DNA of 64,000 nucleotides from Candidatus Nanopelagicales bacterium (GCA_041393815.1 JAWKJK010000006.1:19002-83001); one strand, 5' to 3'. Positions 45,933-55,664 are shown, counted from the first letter of the stretch. Notes: generated by a model from the sequence alone, not told the origin. Made by a program: numbers and translations.

Positions 45933-46499
45933 CTACGAGAACGACACCTGCGGGGGTTGCTCGTTGCCGAACGGGGCCTCGTAGAAGTCCCGCTTGGACA
46001 CGTTGGCCATGCCGGCGAAGAACATCCACGGAATGGTCGATACCAGCGTGTTCAGCGTGGCTGCGGCGTCGTTGTAGTACTGCCGGGCGAACGCGAGCTG
46101 GTTCTCGGTGTCGGTGAGCTGGTTCTGCAGGCCGACGAAGGACGCCGACGCCTTGAGGTCGGGATAGTTCTCCGCCACCGCCATCACGTTGACCAGGGCC
46201 TTGTCCAGCCGGGCCTCCGCCGCCGCCTTCTGCTCGACCGTCCCCGACTTCGCCGCCTGCGTCACGCCGGTGCGCGCCGCGGTGACCTCCTCGAACACCG
46301 ACTTCTCGTGCGAGGCGTAGCCCTTCACCGTCTCGACCAGGTTGGGGACCAGGTCGGCGCGGCGGGTCAGCTGCACGTCGATGCCGCCCAGCGCCTCGTC
46401 CGCGCGGACGTCCGCCTTGCGCAGCCGGTTGAAGCCGACCACGAAGAAGACCACCGCTGCCACGACCAGCAGCAGGATCACGAGCAGAACCACCGTCAT
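45933..46499 (-). CDS. lemA: LemA family protein
   Basis: N-terminal TM followed by 'FNRLRKADVRADEALGGIDVQLTRRADLVPNLVETVKGYASHE', the LemA signature. Confidence 0.9.
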   Translation of the reverse strand: MTVVLLVILLLVVAAVVFFVVGFNRLRKADVRADEALGGIDVQLTRRADLVPNLVETVKGYASHEKSVFEEVTAARTGVTQAAKSGTVEQKAAAEARLDKALVNVMAVAENYPDLKASASFVGLQNQLTDTENQLAFARQYYNDAAATLNTLVSTIPWMFFAGMANVSKRDFYEAPFGNEQPPQVSFS

Positions 46500-46538
46500 G
46501 CCGGTCCGCCTCCCGTTCCAGGTGCACTCATCGCCGGC

Positions 46539-48356
46539 TCACCACGAGCCGCCGCCACCGCCGCCGCCACCGCCACCGAAGCTCCCGCCGCCACCACCGC
46601 CGCTGCTCGACGACTGGGACGCCTGGTAGGTGCTGATGGACGCGGACAGCGTGCTGTCGAAACTGTCGAACCCCCCGCCGGAACTGTAGGGGCTGTATCC
46701 CATCGCGTAGGGGTACCAGTACGGGATGGGCGGCTCCTGGCCGGTCGCCATCCGGTACTTCTCCGCCCACCGGTCGGCGACGCCGTACGCGACCGCATAG
46801 GGCACGTACGCGATGAAGAGGTCCTGGCGCGCCGCGAAGTCGAACCGGTCCTCCGCGGAGTCGGTGGACAGCAGCCGGCGGAATCCGCCGGCGCGCGACC
46901 ACAGGTCGCGACCGGTGCGGGTGCGGCGGCGGCCGACGCCGGGTCGCAGCAGGCCGAGTCCCACGATGGCGAACACGGCGAACGGCAGGCCCCACATCGA
47001 CGGGCCGAGCCAGGTGAGGAAGCCCAGGACGGCCAGCGGCAGGCTGGCCAGCCAGGCCACCCGGCCCCACGTCTCGAACGGCGCCGAGGCCACGAAGCCG
47101 GAGCGGCGGCCCCAGTCCCGGGCCGACGCCGCGATCGCGGACTGCGCCTCCGACAGCGTCTCTCCCGAGGACTTGGTCCGGTCGGCCAGGAACCACCCGC
47201 CCGGGGTCGTCACACCCAGCTTCGCGCCCAGGGTCTGGCTGACGTCGTCGAAGACGGACCACTGGTCCGGCGTCGTGAGCCCGCGGATCAGCCAGGACTG
47301 GTCCGGTCGGTGCTCCAGCGTCACCAGCCGCCGGTCGGCCAGGTACAGCAGGGAGGCGGTCAGCGCGTGGTCGCCGGTGTCCTCGGTGTCGATGTAGACC
47401 GTCTCGACCGGTCCCAGGCCCGGCGGCGGCGCGTACTGGACGGGGAAGCCGGGCGGCTCCTCCCGGGTCGACCGGACCCAGACCAGTGCCAGGGCACCGG
47501 ACACCAGGCACAGCAGCAGCACGAACAGGGCGGCCGGCACCGAGCGACCGAGCACCCCGTCCCACAGGACCGACCACGGCAGCTCCACCCGTGGCGGCGT
47601 GGCGATCGGGAGGCTGACCCGGGTCGTCATCCCGCTGTTCGCGGGCAGGGAGTTGGCGCGCAGCGTCACCTCGCGGGTGCCGGCGCCGGTGATCTCGCAG
47701 GGCCGCTGCGCGACCCGGGTTCCGTCGCTGGTGCCGCCCGCCGTGCACTGCACCACGCCGGAGTCCGCGGGCAGCTGGATCCGGATGCGCGCCTGCTCGA
47801 TGCGCATCTGCCAGCCCTGTGCCACGACGTTCCAGAAGAACACGCTGCCGGGCGCGACGACGTTCGTCCCGTCGCTGGACACGAACTGCCCGGTGCCCGC
47901 GGTCGGCGGCGACAGCGCACCGTCGACGGTGTAGGTGATCCGGTAGACGTGCGATCCCGGGCTGACGTAGACGTCCGGGTCACCGATCTTCGCCACGAAG
48001 TAGCGGTCCCCGTAGTCCCAGTAGGTCTCGTACGGGACCGAGCGGCCGTCCATGGTGATGCTGACGAGGTTCGGGATGTAGCGGGCGTGCGGGTCGGCGG
48101 GGTCCACCACGTCCCAGAAGCGGAAGATGCCGTGCCGCAGCGCGGGGAACTGGGCGGTGATGTCCTCGGTGGCCGTGAGCCGGCCGTCGGCGGCCACGAC
48201 GTACTGCGCGTCGTACGTGGTGATCACGACCGGGTCGTAGACGGCGCCCTGGTCGACCCCGGCCGACAACTGGTGGAGGACTGGCCACAGCAGGCCGGCC
48301 GCCGCGGCCAGCAGCAGCACGATGCGCATGAGCACGCGCCCGAACAACCGCCCCAC
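46539..48356 (-). CDS. DUF2207 domain-containing membrane protein with Gly-rich C-terminal tail
   Basis: Signal/TM, a large N-terminal ectodomain, 3-4 TMs and the tail 'SSSSGGGGGGSFGGGGGGGGGGSW'. The pairing with lemA is canonical. Confidence 0.8.
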   Translation of the reverse strand: MGRLFGRVLMRIVLLLAAAAGLLWPVLHQLSAGVDQGAVYDPVVITTYDAQYVVAADGRLTATEDITAQFPALRHGIFRFWDVVDPADPHARYIPNLVSITMDGRSVPYETYWDYGDRYFVAKIGDPDVYVSPGSHVYRITYTVDGALSPPTAGTGQFVSSDGTNVVAPGSVFFWNVVAQGWQMRIEQARIRIQLPADSGVVQCTAGGTSDGTRVAQRPCEITGAGTREVTLRANSLPANSGMTTRVSLPIATPPRVELPWSVLWDGVLGRSVPAALFVLLLCLVSGALALVWVRSTREEPPGFPVQYAPPPGLGPVETVYIDTEDTGDHALTASLLYLADRRLVTLEHRPDQSWLIRGLTTPDQWSVFDDVSQTLGAKLGVTTPGGWFLADRTKSSGETLSEAQSAIAASARDWGRRSGFVASAPFETWGRVAWLASLPLAVLGFLTWLGPSMWGLPFAVFAIVGLGLLRPGVGRRRTRTGRDLWSRAGGFRRLLSTDSAEDRFDFAARQDLFIAYVPYAVAYGVADRWAEKYRMATGQEPPIPYWYPYAMGYSPYSSGGGFDSFDSTLSASISTYQASQSSSSGGGGGGSFGGGGGGGGGGSW

Positions 48357-48409
48357 CTCCCGGAGATCACCCTAGGGCGCCGCGGCGGGAACGTGGCCGA
48401 GCCGAAGGG

Positions 48410-50548
48410 ATGATGTTGCGCGCCCCGCGCGCGACGCGTGGGGCGAGTGGCGAGACTGGCTTCGTGACGGACACGACCAGCCCTGCCCTGTCCAGCGGCG
48501 CCCACCGGCGCCTGGCCCGCTTCGTGGCGCGTGAGCGTGGTCTGGACGTCTCCGCCCGCGCCGGCCTGCTCCTGGGTGCTGCGGGCGTGGGCCTGTCCTA
48601 CCAACGCAACCTGCTGTCCCGGAACAGCGTGGACCAGGCCGTCATCAGCGGGGTCGCGGCGGCCTCCTGGTACTCCTGGGGCGTCTCGGCGCACTCTCTG
48701 CTGCGGTCGGCCGCCGACCGGCTGCCCGCGGCCCGCGGGTCGACCGCCGGCCGCGTCGTCACCGGGCTGGTGGTCGACGGCATCACCCTGGCGGCCGGGG
48801 TCGCGCTCGTTCGGGCGCTCCCGCCGCGCGAGCACGAGTCCCCCCGGCGCGCGCTGCTGCGTCTGGCGGCGACCGGCAAGGCGGGGGCAGCGGCGGCCGG
48901 CATCGGCGCCGGCCTGCTGGAGCCTTGGCGCGGTCGCCCCGGTTCGTCGCTGGCGAACCTCGGTGCGGCGGCGGCCGTGGGCGCCGCGGCCTACGCGCTG
49001 ACCCGGCCGCGGCAGCAGGTCGCGGGTGCCGACTCCCAGGACGGCGCGTCGATGGAGGACACCCAGCGGGCCGTCTCCCCGGCGCAGGCGGCGGGCCTCG
49101 GACTGGCCGTTACCGGTGGCCTGCTGGGGCTGGCGCACGTGGAGACCCGGCTGACGACGACGATCGCGCGCGGTGCCGCGTTCGTCCTCGGTGGCGAGGT
49201 GGGCGACCACCGCGCGCTCGGGCGACTCGGGTCCGCCGCGGTCACGGGAGCGGTGGCGTGGGCCGCGGTGTCCGCGGTGGTCACGAAGCTCAACTCGGCC
49301 GGCAACCAGACGGAGGCGGCGCACGCCGAGGCCCCCGACCTGCCGGAGGTCACCGGCTCGCCTCAGTCGCACATCCCGTGGGCCGCGCAGTCACGGGAGG
49401 GTCGCCGCTGGCTGAGCATGGTCCTGCGCGCGGACCACATCGAGCGCGTCATGGGCGAGCCGGCCAAGCAGCCCATCCGCGTGTACGCCGCGATGTCCTC
49501 GGCGCCGACGGAGGAGGAGCGCGCACAGCTGCTGCTGCGGGAGATCGACCGGACGAAGGCATTGGAGCGCAAGGTCTTCGCACTCTTCTCGCCGACAGGC
49601 TCGGGATACGTCAACTACGTGGCGGACGAGACGTTGGAGTACCTCACCCGCGGCGACTGTGCCTCGGCCGCGATCGAGTACTCCGTCCTGCCCTCCTCCC
49701 TCTCGCTGACGTCCGTGCACCTCGGCACCCGGCAGACCCGGATGGTCGTCGACGGGATCGTGTCCCGGCTGATGGCGATGCCGGCAGAGCGGCGCCCGCA
49801 GTTCGTGCTCTTCGGCGAGAGCCTGGGCTCGCAGGTGAGCGAGGAGATGTTCGCGGGTACGGGGATGCTCGGCCCGGAGGGCGCCGGCCTGGACGCCGCG
49901 GTGTGGATCGGGACGCCCGCAGCCACGGTGTGGCGCCAGCAGCTGTGGGGGGACCGCACAGTGGCGGACGTGCCGGACGTCGGCCCCGGCACGGCGTACC
50001 TGCCGAGGGCGATCCGGGACTGGCACGGGCTCGCGCCCGACGAGAGAGCCGGCGTGCGATTCCTGCTGCTGCAGAACGGCGACGACCCGGTGCCGAAGTT
50101 CCACGCCCCGCTGCTGTGGCGCCCGCCGGACTGGCTCGGGCCGGACGACCGTCGGCCGCCGGGCGCCCCGCGTGGGACCCGCTGGCTGCCGGTGGTCACC
50201 TTCTTCGCCACGTTCGTCGACCTGCTCAACGCGCTCACCCCGACGCCCGGGGTCTTCGTGGAGGGCGGGCACGACTACCGGGTCGAGATCCCCGAGGCGC
50301 TGCGTACGGTCTGGCGGCTGGACTGCAGCGACGAGCAGATGGCGCGGGTGCAGCAGGCGCTGCGCGAGCGCGAGCTCGGCTGGGAGACCTACCGGCAGTG
50401 GGCGGAGGCGGAGGCCAAGTCCGGCGACGACCGGGCGAAGGCGGAGGCCAAGGTCGAGGCCGAGGTCGGCACCTGGACCGGCGGCGACGGGCCGGTCGAC
50501 GCCGCCGCGGTCGAGGAGGTCATCCGGGACGACACCCAGCCGGGGTGA
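48410..50548 (+). CDS. Membrane-anchored alpha/beta-hydrolase family protein (Abhydrolase_9-like)
   Basis: The N-terminal half has ~8 TMs. The C-terminal half carries the nucleophile elbow 'LFGESLGS' (GxSxG). The tail is Glu/Ala/Lys-rich. The start is uncertain (ATG 48410/48413 or GTG 48464). Confidence 0.7.
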   Translation: MMLRAPRATRGASGETGFVTDTTSPALSSGAHRRLARFVARERGLDVSARAGLLLGAAGVGLSYQRNLLSRNSVDQAVISGVAAASWYSWGVSAHSLLRSAADRLPAARGSTAGRVVTGLVVDGITLAAGVALVRALPPREHESPRRALLRLAATGKAGAAAAGIGAGLLEPWRGRPGSSLANLGAAAAVGAAAYALTRPRQQVAGADSQDGASMEDTQRAVSPAQAAGLGLAVTGGLLGLAHVETRLTTTIARGAAFVLGGEVGDHRALGRLGSAAVTGAVAWAAVSAVVTKLNSAGNQTEAAHAEAPDLPEVTGSPQSHIPWAAQSREGRRWLSMVLRADHIERVMGEPAKQPIRVYAAMSSAPTEEERAQLLLREIDRTKALERKVFALFSPTGSGYVNYVADETLEYLTRGDCASAAIEYSVLPSSLSLTSVHLGTRQTRMVVDGIVSRLMAMPAERRPQFVLFGESLGSQVSEEMFAGTGMLGPEGAGLDAAVWIGTPAATVWRQQLWGDRTVADVPDVGPGTAYLPRAIRDWHGLAPDERAGVRFLLLQNGDDPVPKFHAPLLWRPPDWLGPDDRRPPGAPRGTRWLPVVTFFATFVDLLNALTPTPGVFVEGGHDYRVEIPEALRTVWRLDCSDEQMARVQQALRERELGWETYRQWAEAEAKSGDDRAKAEAKVEAEVGTWTGGDGPVDAAAVEEVIRDDTQPG

Positions 50549-50601
50549 ACGAATCGCGCTCGATGTGATCCGCGGACGCCCTTGTTTGCGACAGTCAGGG
50601 C

Positions 50602-51174
50602 ATGGGCGGGACCCCGACGCACGATCCGACGGATGCCGAGCTGCTCCGCCGGGTGGCCGCCGCGGACGAGTCGGCCCTGGAGGTCCTGGTCCAGCGGCAC
50701 GCCGCATGGCTGACCCTCCGCCTGCGTCACCGGATGGGCGACCCGGACGTCGTGCAGGAGGTGCTGCAGGACACGTTCGTCGCGGTCTGGCGGTCGGCCG
50801 GGAGCTGGCGCGGCGACGGTGAGGTGGCCGCCTGGATCTGGGGGATCGCGATCCGTCGCCTGGTGTCGCTCCTGCGCGGCCGGCGCGAGTCGGCCGTGCC
50901 GGCCTCGGACGCCGCCCTCGACGGGGCGTTGTCCCCGGTCGAGAGCGCCGAGGACCAGGTCCTCGTCGCCGTCGAGCACGGCGACCTCGGTACGGCCCTG
51001 AACCGCCTGTCACCCGAGCTGCGACAGGTCGTCCAGGCCACCCTGATCGACGGCCTCAGCACGCGGGAGGCCGGCCAGCTGCTCGGGATCCCCCAGGGCA
51101 CGGTCAAAGGGCGGCTGCGCGCAGCCAAGTCGACTCTGCGTGCGGGACTCACCCCGGTCCGGAGGTACACATGA
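50602..51174 (+). CDS. ECF-type RNA polymerase sigma-70 family factor
   Basis: Region 2 'DVVQEVLQDTFVAVWRSA' and region 4 HTH 'LSTREAGQLLGIPQGTVKGRLRAA'. Confidence 0.9.
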   Translation: MGGTPTHDPTDAELLRRVAAADESALEVLVQRHAAWLTLRLRHRMGDPDVVQEVLQDTFVAVWRSAGSWRGDGEVAAWIWGIAIRRLVSLLRGRRESAVPASDAALDGALSPVESAEDQVLVAVEHGDLGTALNRLSPELRQVVQATLIDGLSTREAGQLLGIPQGTVKGRLRAAKSTLRAGLTPVRRYT

Positions 51175-51995
51175 GCGCGACCACGTGGCACGTCGGCCCC
51201 GGCCTGGTCGAGCGGTACGCGGAGGGGACGCTTGACGCGGCTGCGTCGGCTTCGGTCGAGACCCACCTGACCGCCTGCGGCACCTGCCGGGCGGATGTCG
51301 CCCGGCTGGCCCCGGCTCCGGACCTGGCCCTGCTGTGGGCCGGGGTCCGGGAGGAGATCGCGAGGCCGCATCCGCCGTGGCTGGTCCGGCAGCTGCGGCG
51401 CGTCGGGCTGCCCGACGCCGACGCCGTGGTCCTCAGCGCGTCCCGGTCATTGCGACTGCCGTGGGCGCTGTCGGTGCTGGCGGCCTTCGTCTCCACCGTC
51501 GTGCTGGCGGCTCTGAGCGACCGCCGCGCCGACCTGCTCTACCTGGCACTGGCGCCCCTCCTGCCGGCGATCGGGGTCGCTGCCGCCTACGACAGCACCG
51601 ACCCGATCCGGGAGATCGCGGAGACCACTCCCGCGTCGAAACTGAGGCTGCTGCTCCTTCGTACGCTCGTGGTGGTCACCTGCAGCGTTCCGCCCGTCCT
51701 GGTCCTGGGACTGGTGGTGCCTGAGCTCAGCGCGGTGGCGTTCGCGTGGCTGTTGCCCTCCCTCTCCCTGACGCTGGTCGCGCTGGTGCTTCTGAGGTGG
51801 TGGCCGGCGTGGGTGACGAGCACCGGAGTGTTCTCCGCCTGGGCGCTGACCGTCCTCGTCGTCGGCGGTCGTGAGAGTGCGAGTCGGCTGGCGGCCCTCC
51901 CCCTGCAGGCCGCCTGCGCCGTCGTCGCGATCGGTGCCGTGGCGATCCTGGTCGCACGGTTCGCCCCCTCGGAGCCCGGCGGAGGCACGTCGTGA
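51171..51995 (+). CDS. Anti-sigma factor (zf-HC2) with multi-TM C-terminal domain
   Basis: ATGA overlap with the sigma gene. Contains 'HLTACGTCRADV' (Hx3Cx2C) and ~6 TMs. Confidence 0.8.
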   Translation: MSATTWHVGPGLVERYAEGTLDAAASASVETHLTACGTCRADVARLAPAPDLALLWAGVREEIARPHPPWLVRQLRRVGLPDADAVVLSASRSLRLPWALSVLAAFVSTVVLAALSDRRADLLYLALAPLLPAIGVAAAYDSTDPIREIAETTPASKLRLLLLRTLVVVTCSVPPVLVLGLVVPELSAVAFAWLLPSLSLTLVALVLLRWWPAWVTSTGVFSAWALTVLVVGGRESASRLAALPLQAACAVVAIGAVAILVARFAPSEPGGGTS

Positions 51996-52870
51996 GCGCG
52001 CCGACGGCCGTCGTGACCGACGTGACGAAGTCCTACGGTTCGAGGCAGGCGCTGCAGCCGACGTCGCTGCGGCTGGAGCCCGGAGTCGTGGGACTGCTGG
52101 GCCCGAACGGCGCCGGCAAGAGCACCCTCGTCCGCCTGCTGGCCTCGGCGATGCCCCCCACGTCGGGGCGGATCGTCGTGGACGGGCACGAGGTGACCGG
52201 GTCCATCGCCGAACGCACCGCCGCTCGCCGGGTCATCGGCTACCTGCCGCAAGAGGTGAGGTTCCCGCGCGGCATGACCGCCTTCGCCTTCGTCGACTAC
52301 ATCGCCGTGCTCAAGGAGTGGGCGGAAGGCACTGCTCGCCACCGTGAGGTGGACCGGGTGCTCGACCTCGTGGGGCTCGGCGACCGCCGCACCTGGCCGA
52401 TCCGGAAGCTGTCGGGAGGTCAGCGGCGGCGGCTCGCCCTCGCGCAGGCACTGGTCGGCGACCCGAGGCTGATCGTGCTCGACGAGCCCACCACCGGTCT
52501 CGACCCGCAACAGCGAGCGTCGCTGCGCGACGTCCTCTCCGGGCTGGCGCAGCGGGGGACGGTCTTCCTCGCCACGCACCAGACAGAGGACGTCGCCGCC
52601 CTCTGTGACCGGGTGATCCTGCTCGTCGACGGATGCGTGCTGTTCGACGGTCGGGTGGCCGAGTTCGTCGCGACCGCGGAGGGGCACGTGTGGGTCGGTG
52701 CGTCGGCAGCGCCGGACAGCCATGCGTCCTGGCGCACCGGCACCGGATCCGTGCGGTCCGTCGGCGGTCGGCCGGGCGCGGACGCCGCCCCCGTCCCCGC
52801 CACCGTCGAGGACGCCTACCTGCTCATGACGGGACCGTCACGCACCCCGAGGGAAGGAGCAGCCCGATGA
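51992..52870 (+). CDS. ABC transporter ATP-binding protein
   Basis: GTGA overlap. Walker A GPNGAGKST, signature LSGGQRRRL and Walker B LIVLDEP. Confidence 0.9.
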   Translation: MSAPTAVVTDVTKSYGSRQALQPTSLRLEPGVVGLLGPNGAGKSTLVRLLASAMPPTSGRIVVDGHEVTGSIAERTAARRVIGYLPQEVRFPRGMTAFAFVDYIAVLKEWAEGTARHREVDRVLDLVGLGDRRTWPIRKLSGGQRRRLALAQALVGDPRLIVLDEPTTGLDPQQRASLRDVLSGLAQRGTVFLATHQTEDVAALCDRVILLVDGCVLFDGRVAEFVATAEGHVWVGASAAPDSHASWRTGTGSVRSVGGRPGADAAPVPATVEDAYLLMTGPSRTPREGAAR

Positions 52871-53811
52871 GCGCCGACGCCACCCGTCTGCCCGTCGTAC
52901 CCGCCTCGTCCGCGGCGCCCGCCTCCGCCGTCGGCCGGCTCGCCGTCACCGAGGCGGGTCGCTACGCCCGGCACCCCCTGCTCCTCATCGGCGTCGTCCT
53001 CACCGCCGTCCTGTCGGCACAGTGGCGGGACGCCACCGGCGAGCTGGACTCCGGGCTCACCTACGTCCTCGCCCCCGCCCTGTTCATCGGCGTCTTCGGC
53101 ATCGTGGTGATGTACCGACTCACCCGAAGCTCCGACCGCCTGGCCGAGGCGTCCGGTTCTCCGGCACTCGGGATGCGGGCGCGCACCGCGGCGTTGGCAT
53201 GGGCCGTGCTCGTGCCGTTCAGCGCCGGACTGCTCTGGTTCGTCTGGGCCGCCTGGAGGTACAGCACCACCGTGACCCCGCCGAACGGGCTTCCGTTCGG
53301 AGGCGTCGGCGGCTCGTGGTCGTACGCCTGGCTGTTCTCGCTGGGAGCGGTCAGCTGCGCCGGGGGGCCGATCATCGGCCTCGACCTGGCCCGGTGGTTC
53401 CCCCGCCGGGGCATCGCCGTCGTCACCGGGGTCCTGCTCGTCATCGCGTCGATGGCGCTGAACGTCCTGATGCAGCCAGGAGTCCTCGAGGGCCTGCGCT
53501 ACGTCCGGGTCTTCTGGCCGTTCACGTGGTTCGGCGGCCAGTTCGGGATCGAGGGCGACGAGAACCGTACGGTGATCCTGACCGGATCGCCGGAGTGGTA
53601 CGTCGCCTACCTCGTCTCGCTGTGCGCCCTCGGCATCCTGGTCGCCCTCTACCGAGACCGTGAGCGGCCGCGCGAGCGTCTCCGGGTCGGCATCGTCGTC
53701 ACCACGATCGCCGCGGTCGTTCTCGGCGTGATCACCATGACGTCGGGTGTGCAGGAGACGATGGTCAACCCGATCCCGAGCACGGGGGCAGCCGCGTCAC
53801 CGGGCGAGTGA
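52867..53811 (+). CDS. Polytopic membrane protein (probable ABC-2-type permease partner)
   Basis: ATGA overlap with the ATPase gene. About 6 TMs. No motif recognised. Confidence 0.55.
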   Translation: MSADATRLPVVPASSAAPASAVGRLAVTEAGRYARHPLLLIGVVLTAVLSAQWRDATGELDSGLTYVLAPALFIGVFGIVVMYRLTRSSDRLAEASGSPALGMRARTAALAWAVLVPFSAGLLWFVWAAWRYSTTVTPPNGLPFGGVGGSWSYAWLFSLGAVSCAGGPIIGLDLARWFPRRGIAVVTGVLLVIASMALNVLMQPGVLEGLRYVRVFWPFTWFGGQFGIEGDENRTVILTGSPEWYVAYLVSLCALGILVALYRDRERPRERLRVGIVVTTIAAVVLGVITMTSGVQETMVNPIPSTGAAASPGE

Positions 53812-54419
53812 TGCTCGCGCATGCACGCGTCGCTGTCCCGTGGGCGCTGGTGCTGGTCTGCTCGGTCATGATCGTCGTCATGCTGGCCCTCCTCGGCCGC
53901 TGGCCCGGGCAGACGTGGGCGCTGGGGGGCGTCGCGGTGGGTGCCCTGGCCGGTGCGGTCGCCTGGTGCCTGGACGAGCCGCTGGCGGAGATCGTCGGCG
54001 CGGCGGCACGGCACCTGCGCTGGCGACTGGCGTCCCAGGGGCTCGGTGTCGCCGTCCTCGCGATGGTGTGGGTTGCCGCCGTGATGGTGCTCGGCGGCGA
54101 TCTGTTCGGGCGACGATCCGATCTTGTGCTTCAGGGCCTGGCGGCGATGGTCGCCGTCGGCGGCATGACTGCCTGGCTGCGCTCGCGGGGGAGTGGGCAT
54201 CCCGGCCGCGTCCTGGCGCCGTACGTCGTGCTCATCTCGGCTGGGCTGGCGATCACGCGACCCCTTGCCCGGCAGCTGCCGCTCTTCCCGTTGCCGTACG
54301 AGGGGCCGTGGGCGGCCAGCCGGGTCCTGTGGGTGCTCCTGGCCGGCATCGGCGTGGGCGCTCTGCTACTGGCGGTCACCGACGCCCGCTGGAGGCGTCG
54401 TCCGGTCTCTCCACGCTGA
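53808..54419 (+). CDS. Hypothetical membrane protein
   Basis: GTGA overlap with the preceding gene. About 6 hydrophobic segments. No family recognised. Confidence 0.5.
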   Translation: MMLAHARVAVPWALVLVCSVMIVVMLALLGRWPGQTWALGGVAVGALAGAVAWCLDEPLAEIVGAAARHLRWRLASQGLGVAVLAMVWVAAVMVLGGDLFGRRSDLVLQGLAAMVAVGGMTAWLRSRGSGHPGRVLAPYVVLISAGLAITRPLARQLPLFPLPYEGPWAASRVLWVLLAGIGVGALLLAVTDARWRRRPVSPR

Positions 54420-54449
54420 GGCGTGGTCCCGCGTGGGGCGAACGCGCGG

Positions 54450-55517
54450 TCAGGACGTCGCGGTGACGGACAGACCGGAGACGGTGGCTCCGCCGGTGCC
54501 CCAGGTCCGGGCGCCGTACTGGGTGCCCTGCGGCCCGTCCGCGGGCAGGTCGACGCGCATGACCTCCTGGCCGTTGACCGTGCCGACGAACTGGTTCCCG
54601 ATGACGGTGACCTGCAGGTTGTTGGCCGCGTAGGGGTCGAGTCCCGCAGGCACCTCGATGCGGCCGAGCGGGCGGTAGTACTCCGACCCGTTGGTCCACT
54701 GGCGCAGCAGGATCGACGGGCGGCCGTTGGTCAGGTAGCCGGGGTCGATCTGGAAGACGTAGCCGGTCAGCCCGTTGCTGCCCTGGGAGCCGCGGAAGAC
54801 GAGCCCCGCCCCGGGCGCGCCCGCCGACGGGGTCACGGTGCCACTGAGCACGAGGTCGCTCAGCGCCAGCCCGCCGGGAGTGGACAGCAGCACACCTGCC
54901 TCGGGCAGCCGCACCGTCCCGTCGCTCCAGACCACCGGCCTTCCGGTCCGGTTGTTGTACGGGTTCAGCAGCGCCGCGGCGAAGTCGGCCGCGCTCAGCG
55001 TCACCCGGACGGGCCCTGCCGGCCCTGCCTCGCCGGCGGCGCCGACGTCGGTGCCGGGGACGGGCGTGCAGGCACCGTCGGTGGTGGCGGCGATGCCGCT
55101 GAGCCCGTGGATGCTGGAGGCGACGACGCGCAGGCACGAGCCGTCGTCCGCGAGGACCGATCCGACCCAGGTGACCTCGTCACCCGCCTCGAGCACCGAC
55201 GCGACGTGGTGATCGTCCGTCGAGACGGCGCTGGGCCCCTCGGCCACTCGGACGGGCTCCCCGTTGACCGACCAGCGCTCGGCCTCCTGCGCCACCGCCG
55301 CCGAGACGTCGTCCGCCGGACGATCGGCCACGATCGAGGTGAAGGCCTCCATCCCCAGCGCACGCATCAGCGACTCCGAGGCCGCCGTACTGGCGGCGAA
55401 CCGTTGGTGCAGGAACACCGGGATCGCGATCGCCGCCAGGATCCCGACGATGATGATCACCACCAGGAGTTCCACGAGGCTGAAGCCTGAGTCGTCCTGG
55501 CGGTTCCTGCGGGACAT
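54450..55517 (-). CDS. Prepilin-type N-terminal cleavage/methylation domain protein with C-terminal concanavalin-like (LamG/DUF1080-like) domain
   Basis: ATG 55517 gives 'MSRRNRQDDSG|FSLVELLVVIIIVGILAAIAIPVF', a class III signal with Glu+5. The C-terminus 'GYVFQIDPGY...NNLQVTVIGNQFVGTVNGQEVMRVD...YGARTWG' looks like a jelly-roll lectin fold. Confidence 0.75.
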   Translation of the reverse strand: MSRRNRQDDSGFSLVELLVVIIIVGILAAIAIPVFLHQRFAASTAASESLMRALGMEAFTSIVADRPADDVSAAVAQEAERWSVNGEPVRVAEGPSAVSTDDHHVASVLEAGDEVTWVGSVLADDGSCLRVVASSIHGLSGIAATTDGACTPVPGTDVGAAGEAGPAGPVRVTLSAADFAAALLNPYNNRTGRPVVWSDGTVRLPEAGVLLSTPGGLALSDLVLSGTVTPSAGAPGAGLVFRGSQGSNGLTGYVFQIDPGYLTNGRPSILLRQWTNGSEYYRPLGRIEVPAGLDPYAANNLQVTVIGNQFVGTVNGQEVMRVDLPADGPQGTQYGARTWGTGGATVSGLSVTATS

Positions 55518-55664
55518 CGTGATCACCGTCTCCCGACGCCGTGTCCTGCGCCCGCAGGGCACGCCTTCCCATCGGCGGACCGGGCTGCGGAGCGCAGGGC
55601 CCAAGGTCCCGCCTCCCGCGGCACCGAGCTACGGGCCCGGTCCGGTGGCGGCTGCGCAGCAGCG

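Noticed and set aside
45855-48413. 852-aa plus-strand ORF opposite lemA and DUF2207
   Set aside because: It is antisense to a canonical LemA-DUF2207 pair and shows no domain signature. It is a high-GC artefact.
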